A stretch of DNA of 64,000 bases from Balanoglossus misakiensis (lineage: Eukaryota > Animalia > Hemichordata): NCBI GenBank assembly GCA_040954595.2, contig CM082585.2:8201404-8265403 (forward strand), in the 5' to 3' direction. The translations under genes and the position numbers were made by a program. Below, in pieces: positions 40,401-50,435 of the stretch; position 1 is the first letter of the stretch, and every line of letters begins with the position of its first letter. Under the pieces are notes generated by a model that did no database searches, was not told the DNA's origin, and was given only the letters and a program-made list of their open reading frames with translations.

Positions 40401-43400
40401 TCTTCACACTAAAAAAACTAACCAAAAAACTAACACCCTAAAAAAAGCATCATCCGTGCAAATATGAGTTGCCCTGCTTCCGAAACTTTCAAAACCATCA
40501 TTTCATTTAAAATCTTAATGTTTGCATTTAAATCTTGACATTCTCACTCGTGATTTGCAGATATGTATCGCCATGGCGATAGTATATCTCAAATCCAATG
40601 TCATTGTTGAGTGTTTCAGTTTGCTTTTTTATTTTCAAATCATTAATTTGTGTGTATGTTGTTGACTAGTTAGCTTGTTTTTTAAGTTGCTGGTTGAATG
40701 AATATAATTTCCAGTGTTTGTTGTTAATTGACTTTCTCTGTCTTCTTTAGTTCAAGCACCGCTGTTGTTTTTAATGCATGTATTATAACGGGTAGTGTTT
40801 TGACTGGTTGGCTTGAAGTGGAACAGTGCACCGTTGAATACTAGCGTATACTGTTTTAGTAGACGAATCATACAGTCAAGTAAAAATCTATCTGTGTATA
40901 TATGTATATATCTCAACGGAAATCACCAACCAACCGATAATTTAGTTGGCTTTTTTTCTGGGGATGAGTGGAGAGCAATGCATGTACGGCTTGTCAAAAA
41001 CTGCCACGCCCACACAGATGGATATTTCTGATCGTTTGAAAAAAAAGAAAAAAACCAAAATCCAATGCTTATACACTCTTCACTTTGTTTCTCATTGACA
41101 TAAACACCATTGGGAAGCAGGTAAATTCTATACATCACCAACAAAATTTGACCACTGTTCTTGCCTTTCTTCAAATGTTAAAACATTACCTGATTGCACA
41201 CAAATGTCTGTACTATAACTTGCTTTGTAAAAAAAGAGAAAATGAACTTGATTACATGTTTATATTACATTGCGTTGTTTGATGAGAAAGGCAAGAATGT
41301 GTTGTAAAGCGGCCTTGAAAAGGTGACTCTGCATGCCTGGTTTCAGGAATATATAGAACACCTAGCTTTGAATGAGCAGGCCGTTACATTTTTTTATTTT
41401 TTCTCTTTTTTTTTAAAACTTCGATATCACAATCAAGCTGTTTATATTTACATGTTGGGCAATGCATTGTTCTTTCTCTGATATAGGCTTTGACTGTTCA
41501 CCACAGACACCATTGATTGCATGACTGTTCACTTACATCCTCCCTTTTGCTCTTTTTTTGTTTCCCATGATGCATTGCTGTGCTTGCTGTTTATGTTAAT
41601 GACTCTGCCTGTCCCATGCTGCAATCCCATTGGCCCATTGCCATCATGTGCTACGCATACTAATAAGCTTCCGACCACGCCTGATAAGAGCAACAAGAAG
41701 CGAGCCAGAGACCCTGCCGATGAGATTATACTGGTACTGACTTGTCCTTGCTTATGTACATTTCATACCTGATTAGATTTGGAGAAAGAGAGAGAAAAAA
41801 TTAATCAAATTGACATGATATGAATTGATGAATTTTGACTATATGATGAAAAAATCAGTGATTTCATTTTGATTTGTTTGTAGAAGTTTTGTAGAAGTAG
41901 ATTAATTATTAATTGATTTCATTTTTGATTGAGACACGTTTTCAATGTTGAAGTATCATGATAGCCAAGCTGAGAGGCAGCCAAATATTTTATGATATCG
42001 TCACAGGGCTGTGTGATAAAATCTATTATAACATGGCTGCATGATCAGATGATATTACACATATATAGCATGGCAGCCTAATAAAATTCATATTCCGCGT
42101 ACATGTAAAATTTATACTGCATGGTAGTCAGATAAAACTCTATGTTCTATTGTTGTCTGATAAACTTTGTTACATGTGGAACAATTTATATGTGCTTCAC
42201 AATGAAACTGATAAAATGGCTGCCTTATATCAGATTAGAAAGCGAGAAAAATATTTTGAGTGATTTTTGAGAAAAACAAATGATTGTTTTAATTAAATTC
42301 CTTTGCCATATTTTTGTATTTCTGTAGGCACTTCCTGGTATGATACCACTGAAGAAAGGTCCTGGGGCAATGTTTCAAGGTGCTAACGCGTATCAACAAG
42401 CCTTGGCTAATTTTCAATTTACACACCAACCTTCACACTTTGTACAATCACCATGTAAGTGTGTGTATACAGAACGATATCAGACAACATAATCAGTATG
42501 TTTTGGGTTGAGTATTTGTCAGGAAATTTAGGTCTATCACAGTTCTATCATTAGACGTTCTATCATGCAGGTTTTTCAATTACAAATGGCAAATTTGTCT
42601 GCAGTTAACGACTGCATGTATCAAATTCAAAATGGCCAGTACACTCAGGGATATATGTCCATCTGTGGGGAACACTTATAATTATTGGTTTTCTCTTTAA
42701 CCAGGATAATGAACGCGTATGTTTCTTGTTTAGTTTTTAAGTTCCATACAAACATCAAAAACTGACAAGATGTTCTCTTTTCTGAAATGAATCCATGTTT
42801 GTGTGTAATGATCAGATTCTTTTTCAGATCTTAGGTGAATTTTTTCTCAAACTGGGTGTCTCAAATTCACAGTCCTTTCACCCCGTTTCCCTGAAAGTGG
42901 TTTCAACCACACGTGATTGGAAACGGTAGAAGAACATATGTTTGTATCGCAATGTATGTTCATATTAGAGACATACTGAATGTGTCTGAACTTTACACCA
43001 AATTGATAATCACATATAAATGATATTGCATCAATTAACTCTCATCGACACAGTTAGTATTTGATGAATGGATGGGGGAACATTCATTGGAACTTGTATT
43101 GTTTTGAATCGACTGACATTGAACAATGTCAAAAAGGTCATCTTTTAAATTTTAATTCAGATGACAATGTATCCGATTCATTTGAAGTATACAGCCATGT
43201 TGATAATGTTAAGACTGCTAGAGCATTGATAAAAGTGGCAGATCATTAAAACCAACCAGATTACACCTTGAAGACAATCCCTTAACCCCCAACTTCAGAC
43301 TTGCGACAGACGTGCAAGGTCTGACGTACATGCACGCTTCGTAGAAAGAAAAATCACCACAACCTTGAGGTAATTCTGTAAATTGGTTTACGCCCTGCTG

Positions 43401-45432
43401 CGACTAAAATGATCTCCGACGATTCCAATGCTCTAACAGTTCACTGTTACAGTAGTGTTTTTCTTGACCAGTAAGTGTGCGTCTTTCTAATTTTTGCTTT
43501 TTTCTCTTTTTTTTATTTCATGATCATCTGGCTGGGTACCTGCTTGCCATTGATATATTTGCATGTTGCTGGCAAACGTTGGTTGTTGCTTGCGTCTGCT
43601 GTACGTTGTTGCTCCCTGCCTATATTATAGTTCCCATGATGGCCCCCATCCCTACTGCTGGTGCTCAGGCTGCTAGTGTGCCATACTACAATGCACAGCA
43701 TCAGGTAGAAAATTCATAGTTTCATTTTACGTTGATTTTTCTTATTACTCTAGTTACGATTTGTTGTCAGTTGATCGCAGCCGACCAGCTGGTACGGACA
43801 ATTTGCATATAAGTCATCAGTTACACCTGGCTTTACAGTGAGACAGGAGTTTCACCTTGAGGTTAATTCTGTCCCCACCTGGTTGGCTATTTACTGGTGA
43901 TGCTATGTCAGTATTGGTTCCTTTCTGAAGAATCGGAATAAATCTAACCATAAGCAAATTACAATGAATTAAATTTGTGACACGAGTATGCATAATTCAT
44001 GACCATGGAAATGATTAAATTTGAGTTTGACTACACATTCTAGTGTACTCTACAGTCATTTTTGACTGTCATGTCCCATAATCCTTTGCAGCCCTGAGGG
44101 TCAAACGGGCCCAAAAAGGAGACCAATTTGAAACGGTGTTTGTTTCGACCAATTAGAGAGGACGCTTCCTTGTGCGCTGCAGCCCGCATTTTGCAATTGC
44201 TAGTTCGCAGTTGTACTGCTGCTGCTGCTGTAAAATTCAATATGGCTGCCGAAGCCTAACCTGGTGGGAACACTGCAAAGCATTGTGGGATATTTAAATC
44301 TGCATGACAAAGGTTTTTTATGTCTGGTTATTAAATTTGGTTATTCTAGTTTAGATATACAGACTTGATTGCGTCACTTTGTTTGTTTGCCTTCAAATGC
44401 TGACTAAATGAAAATTCCATCTCATTTTTTCAGTTGGCAGAAACTTTGCCTGTATGTCGTGACTTCAAGGCGGGAAATTGTAAGCGGCCAAACTGTCGTT
44501 ACGTACATTTAACTGAAGGTGAGTCTGGTTAGAGTGAGCAGTTTACAATGCAACCGGGCTTCCAGACTTTGTGATGTGGTGTCAGCTAAAACGCCAAACC
44601 AAATTGACTAATTTGAGGTTTATTTATAGCACATCTGAGATGAATTTGTGCGAATTTTCATTGCGAACATCATTTAGGAAGGAACATGGAGAGGGTACTT
44701 GATTGGCACGCCATTCAAGCCTGCATTATCACTTCACAACTTGCATGGAAAAAAAAATGCATGCAGTGAAATACATTAGGACTCTGTCATCTAAACCGTC
44801 AAATATGACGATATGAGCTGTGATCAGTACCGGCCGAACATTAAAACAATTCAGCTTTGTTTTAATCATCAAGTGGAGAACCCTGCCTGCATGTGAGCTG
44901 TTTTTCGTTGTGTAAATCATGATACAGATGGACTTGACGAGTACACACGATCTGTCTGCTTTTAGCTTAGCACTGTATTAACAATCGTTATTGTAATCTC
45001 TTCCATATAGATTATGTAGAAGTTATAGATGGTAAAGTGACTCTTTGCCGTTATGCGGCACAAGGCAGGTGTACACGACCCAAGTGTAAATTCTATCATT
45101 TACCAACAGTTCACAGTGGTGCAAGCGTTCCAACTTCGATACCAGTTCCAGTCGTCACAATGACGGTGTAAATTCCTTCGTCTGATTTTACTCTTTTTTT
45201 TTCCTGTCTATGAATCAATGCATTTTTTCTATTCAACAGTGTCCTTTTTTATTTCTTTTTTTTCTTTTTTTCTATGTACATGGCAGATCATGTAGAAGTA
45301 GTTGATGGTAAAGTGACTGTGTGCCGCGATGCTGCAAAAGGCAAGTGCACCCGCCCCCTCTGCAAATATTACCACATCCCAGTCCATTTGTTGGCTCTAC
45401 AAGCTGCTGAATTGAATCGGCCCGGGTGCTAG
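34409..45432 (+). CDS. MBNL: Muscleblind-like RNA-binding splicing regulator with six CCCH zinc fingers (~407 aa with all cassette exons and terminal exon B)
   Basis: Exons: 34409-34567 ([33 protein letters not shown]...VTACFDSLK); 37039-37194 ([29 protein letters not shown]...); 38414-38575 (...[11 protein letters not shown]); 39074-39322 ([21 protein letters not shown]...[32 protein letters not shown]...AAAAAAAM); 41668-41733; 42328-42454 (...YQQALANFQ...); 43631-43704; 44434-44518 (ZnF5); then 45011-45171 or 45287-45432 (ZnF6). All junctions are GT-AG with consistent phases. [13 protein letters not shown] and LEINGRNNL are diagnostic for MBNL. Confidence 0.96.
38745..38930 (+). mobile_element. 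Kolobok-type MITE, copy 1 (186 bp), in an MBNL intron
   Basis: TTAA|AGGTATACAGTCACCT ... AGGTGACCCGTATACCT|TTAA; homologous to 50249-50435. Confidence 0.9.
40025..40280. repeat. Degenerate low-complexity TGTAACA/TGTTACA-type repeat
   Basis: Recurrent tgtaaca, tgtacaa, tgttaca and tacaatg units. Confidence 0.6.
41507..41667 (+). promoter_or_regulatory. MBNL autoregulatory intronic splicing element (AG-exclusion zone, distant pyrimidine tract, YGCY cluster)
   Basis: No AG from 41507 to 41665. The pyrimidine tract is at ~41536-41566, followed by about 8 YGCY motifs up to the acceptor. Confidence 0.85.
41668..41733 (+). CDS. MBNL: MBNL 66-nt cassette exon with basic NLS-like motif (counterpart of vertebrate MBNL1 54-nt exon 5)
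   Basis: [22 protein letters not shown], phase 0/0, with an AAG acceptor (ctaataag) and donor CTG|gtactg. It lies between the poly-Ala-Met exon and the YQQALAN exon. Confidence 0.85.
43476..43630 (+). promoter_or_regulatory. Second AG-free, YGCY-rich 3' splice-site element upstream of the 74-nt MBNL exon
   Basis: No AG from 43476 to 43628. Branch-like tttctaat at ~43484-43491, then a U-rich tract, then tgcttgcc, ttgctg, ttgcttgcg, ctgctg and ttgctccctgcc. Confidence 0.7.
44434..44518 (+). CDS. MBNL: MBNL exon encoding a fifth CCCH finger
   Basis: ttttttcag|[28 protein letters not shown](G)|gtgagt; spacing C-x7-C-x4-C-x3-H; in frame with exon 43631-43704. Confidence 0.88.
45011..45171 (+). 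CDS. MBNL: MBNL alternative terminal exon A (ZnF6a)
   Basis: ccatatag|[53 protein letters not shown]; phase 1, intact CCCH. Confidence 0.75.
45287..45432 (+). CDS. MBNL: MBNL alternative terminal exon B (ZnF6b)
   Basis: Long U tract, then ggcag|[48 protein letters not shown]; phase 1, intact CCCH. Confidence 0.85.
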
Positions 45433-45452
45433 GCTAGTCTGCCTTATATACC

Positions 45453-45480
45453 GCCAAGCCAAGCCAAGCCAAGCCAAGCC
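45453..45480 (+). repeat. (GCCAA)5 repeat at the start of the MBNL 3'UTR
   Basis: gccaagccaagccaagccaagccaagcc. Confidence 0.9.
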
Positions 45481-48400
45481 TGTGCTCACAGCTGTGGGGA
45501 AATATCGGCATGTTCGCAGAGTGATGTTTTACATTGCAGCTTCTATACGCTTGCCATGCTGAACGAGAGGGACGCTTTGCTTAGCATGGCTTTATATTCG
45601 CTACACTTCAAGGGGATTTTTCGTTTTCATTTTCATTTTTTTAAACTGTCTTTTTCTCTTTACAGTTTAAAAAAAAACAAAATTTCAGTACATGGAGAAA
45701 TAGTGAGAGCACTTGTATGTTTTCTCTTCAACATAAGTTTGACTTAGATTTTTTTGAAAAATTTAAATGATTCATCTAACAAGCTAGTTAAAACTAGCGT
45801 TTTTTTGTGTGTATTTAGCCGTCTGATATAATAAGACTTATTTGCCTCTCAAAAGAGACACATTGAAATGAGTACGTTCCTCTTCTGTGACTTTTTTTTA
45901 CAATATTATTTTAGGATGTAAAAGTTATTTTGAAAGTTAGAGAATTTTATAATGTTTTATTTGTTTATTGATGTATTTTCTCGGACTTACCTTGAGATGA
46001 GACCGGAGGGAGGGTCAAAACGGTTACCGCGGTAACCACGGACAATGATGACATGCGACCTGCCATAGTGGGTGTGAGCCACAAGGGTTTCACCCGAAGT
46101 AGAACCTAAAACACAAAAGATAAAAAAGTACATCATTTTGACATAGTGTAGCTATTAACTGCCATCGATCACAGATATAAAAGTTCTCAAGGCTACTTGA
46201 AGAACAGAATCAACGACGTACTTAAAAAAAATTACTGCATGAAAAAAAATAATTGGATGGCATGGCTGCCTTAACTTTCATGTTGTCATGGCAACTCGTC
46301 ATAGCATGAATGAAATCTATCAATGCTGCGATTTTTCAAAAAAAATGCATAGTGCTGCATTATGCTTTTTAAATGTTTTTTGGAAGAAAAAAATAATAAT
46401 GATGAAGTTTTTAAGATTAAGTCAATTTACAATTAAATTGTAATCATTTAACCAGAGATGGTGGAAAACTGATTAACAATATTGAACATTTTTCAAATAT
46501 GTGATTTACAATGGAGGGAATATAGCTAGTACTATATTATAATTGTGCACAAGTAGTGTTCTTTTTACTCCGAAAGCTTATTAAATAATTGCATGAGTAA
46601 CAACTGGGGACTGCTGTTTTTATTGCTGAAAGACAACTCCACAGATTTTTTCCCCTCAACATAATTTTAGAAACAGAATTTCTCATATTTTGAAAAATGT
46701 AACAATATAGAGAGGTGTATGTTTTTATATAGCTTAATAACAGACAATATTTGATTCAATTAATTTGCTGTGCATCTTTTTTTTGGTCTCCAAGACATCT
46801 TTTCTTCTTCCATAAATGAATATTCAAACATTACAAGGTTTTTTCAGAATCCAGTTTATGTAGTAGTGTACATGTAAATTAAACCACTGCTGTTAGTCTT
46901 TGTTTGGAGTGACTGCTTTTGCGAAATGTGGGCCTGCCTCGAAAAATAACAGAATGTCAAGTGGCACTGAAGAGCTCAAAGCTTATGGTGTATGCTTCTT
47001 CACAGATGAATATTTATATATTGGTCCGAGATAAGGAGATATTATGAGAAAAAAATGATTTCAAAAGAAATGCTTATTGAAATTTTGAACGTGGACACTT
47101 TGTGATATGCTTTTGTCCATAAAAGCAATAGCAGAATATCCTGAGAGCAGTTATTAACAAACAAATAATAACACTGTATGCTTATTGTCATGTATCTTTG
47201 TTTGTTTCCACTGTCTTTCTATTCATGAACACTTAAAATTTTGAGAAAACATAAAAAAAATAATGGAATTTTTTTCTTGAATTCTCTCTGAAGGGTGCTT
47301 TGAGACAGAATACGATTGTAAATGTCTTCGGCTGGGCTGCACGTGCGCACGTACAGGGCTCCGTAGTCATGGCGTCATTGTGACCGCGCAAAAAGTCTTT
47401 AAAAACCGCTCCTGTGTTGTGCCAAAATATAAATTGTCACGTCAAGGCTTTTTCTAAGTTGACTCCCTCGAGCGAGTATCGTAGGTGCCACCCAGCCGAT
47501 GACAGACTTCTATAGAGGTTAATACTGATGCACCATTACACAATTTATAACCACCAGTAACCGTAGCAACCAGTTATTCAACGATGTGTGTTTTTTGACC
47601 ATTTTATTACAGTAGGATTATACTAGTCACGTTTGGATTTAGGGTGCATCATATTACCATCAGATTTACAAACACCTTGACTTTAGACTTAAGGATTAAG
47701 GATTAATAATATAATTATTAAGTAGTGGATTATGGTGTCTGGTCTGTAGTGCTGCATTCTATGTAGGTTATAATACAAAGCCATTACGAAAAAAAAAATT
47801 ACTCCAAAAAAGTGTAGACGTGTGTATCTATCTATCTATCTGGGAGATTTCAATGCTCACCGAAAAACAGTCACTGCTAAAATAGTATCAGTAGTTTTCT
47901 AGATGTCCGTATTTTGCTGCATTTTTGTGTCCGATTCTTGTCAGAAAAAAAAAATTGAAATCTCAAACACCTGCTTAGCGATGGTAGTTCACCCAATCAC
48001 AATGCTGCAAAACGTCATTGATAGTAGCTGACTTTAACCAACAAACTATGTATTTAAAAAAATACCACACGAGTACTACAGTATATAAGCATCAACTCAG
48101 TCAGTGTATTTTTTGACATCATATGACGAAAAACGAGTCTATCCTGTAGCATATGACTCTAAAAATCAGTCGGCTTTTCTTGTGTGCATTCATTTCTATG
48201 TACTCTGAATAACCAGACAATAAAAGGCAGAGTATCTATAATCAAGAATTGTTGTCTTGCTCCTCTTTTTGTTCCTTCAAGTCCCAATAGATGCCACACA
48301 TACATTTGCATCCTTTGCATGGGTTTACTTTCAAACTTAGATTGGTTCCTAATGTGGTATACACAAACTTTCCTCATTCAAGCCTAGCCACATTTCGTCT

Positions 48401-50248
48401 CATCAAAAAACTTCCAACTCAGTGTTGAGGGAATTCCCTTACAAGCAAGGTGCAGCAGTATCCATGTTGAAATATTAAACCATCACAAACTATTTTCGAA
48501 TGTCCTATAACTCGAAAACTCATAGAACAATATGACATTGATTTGGGGCAACATGTGAAGCAAACACACAAATTCACAAAAGAACCAAAAAAACTTGGAA
48601 CCATTACCACACCTGCTCAAATCTGGAATGAAACTTCAGTCACACATAGGAATACATGCATGTCTGTGGTCATTTCACACACATGGGTTTATTTGTACAG
48701 TAGTGCATTCAAATTTCACCCAGTAGAATGCTGCGGAAAATTAGAACCAGATGCAGACAGACAGACAGTATAGTGCATTGACCAGACTGTCAAACACAAA
48801 ATACCTTCAATATACATTATTTAGACCTCAACCTTTATACACAATCATGCATGTGACTGACACATACATGCAAATACAATTATAGTTATTTTTTATGATA
48901 TTCACTCAATTCTCTTAAAGACTACACATTAGATGTATAGCGAACAACTAATAATTTTTTGGATCAACTCATCATTCTGAGGTCTTGCCGTGCAGAACAA
49001 ATTATGAGCACAGGAATAAACTCAAAGAATGCAGATATATCCGTTTCAGTGGAAAATTATTTGAAAGTTGAAATTCTATTGTTACCCTTAGCTGGGTAGC
49101 ATAATGCTATGAATAGCAGCGTTTGAGAGAGAATTCCGTGAGTATATATATGTGCTTGTTTAGCACCATATGGTTTCCACTCACACTGCGCAAGTGGCTT
49201 GCACAGCAGTTCCTAAATTGTGACATCATTATTTGAACTAACTTTTTTCAAATTAAGAGGTTTATGGAAGTGAATTATGTGTGGTGGCTTATTTGCCGGG
49301 GGAAAGAGCGTTCTGAAGGAAACAACTTCACATTCTGATCACTGTTTGTGATTAATGGCGTAGAAAGCGTGGGCAAGTGGTCATTTTGCGACTGAGTGGT
49401 TTAAAGTGTGGATCAAAAGAGTTCCTGATGTGTTTGGGTCAATTGCCAAAAGCTAAAAGTCACCCACATCTCAAGATCTGTTCAGATTTGCATTTGGGAC
49501 ACAAATCTTGAGTCACCGCAACACCTCCTACTTTTTACTTGACAAACCTTTCTAAGAATGCACTGCACTCCAGTGCCAATGTCATATATTGGTTAGGTTA
49601 GACCAGTAGACTATGGAAATGGGGAATTGTGATAGGGTTGGAAGGGTATGGTTGGCCCCAAATCCTACCAAGTTGATATTCATTCCTATTACCCCTCACC
49701 CCCAATATCCTAGTGTATGAATCCAACTGTAGCAATGAAAACAACGGGAATAAACCAAATTGGTATTAGTGGAAGGTAAGGATTAAAAAATTTAGCTTCA
49801 GGAGATGAGAATGTGCACACTACCGCAAACATGCAGATAACATTGAAATTTCAGTGTTTTGTGATGTGGTACATGTGGATAATCCACTGTTTCCTGGTGA
49901 AACCTATATACCCGTACCATATGTCTGGTATGACAAAGTGTACTTTGGGGCATGTGAATAACCGGTGACCTTCAAAGCAATTTCCCTGCCAGGCAAGCCA
50001 AGGCAGGCCAGTCCAAGGTAACAGCTGTGACCCCTGTGTCGATCACTGCACAAAAGGATTTTTAACCACGGAAAATATCCGGTACAGATGCACAACTGTA
50101 CATACATCACTGAATGTGCGGGTTCACCCATGCATCATGCAAACACGTCCGAGCACCAACCGCACGCCATGATCTGCCCCCACCTAAACATGTTAGTGTA
50201 AATACATCTTGGCCCATGCAAGCGTATGTATGTCACATAGAGTTTTAA

Positions 50249-50435
50249 AGGTATACAGTCACCTATGGAAAATTAGCTACAGTTACCATGGTAAACTTGA
50301 GATCTAGCCAATCACGGATTTTAAGTGGGTGGAACACGCGAAAAAAAGAGCGCCACCATATGTTCTTTAGAACGCTCAAATACGCCATTTCGGCCATATA
50401 TAGGCGTATGTAAATTGTAGGTGACTTGTATACCT
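50249..50435 (-). mobile_element. Kolobok-type MITE, copy 2 (187 bp), inverted relative to copy 1
   Basis: TTAA|AGGTATACAGTCACCT ... AGGTGACTTGTATACCT|TTAA. Its reverse complement aligns end to end with 38745-38930 (e.g. gtatttgagcgttctaaagaacatat, gtgattggctagatct). Confidence 0.9.
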
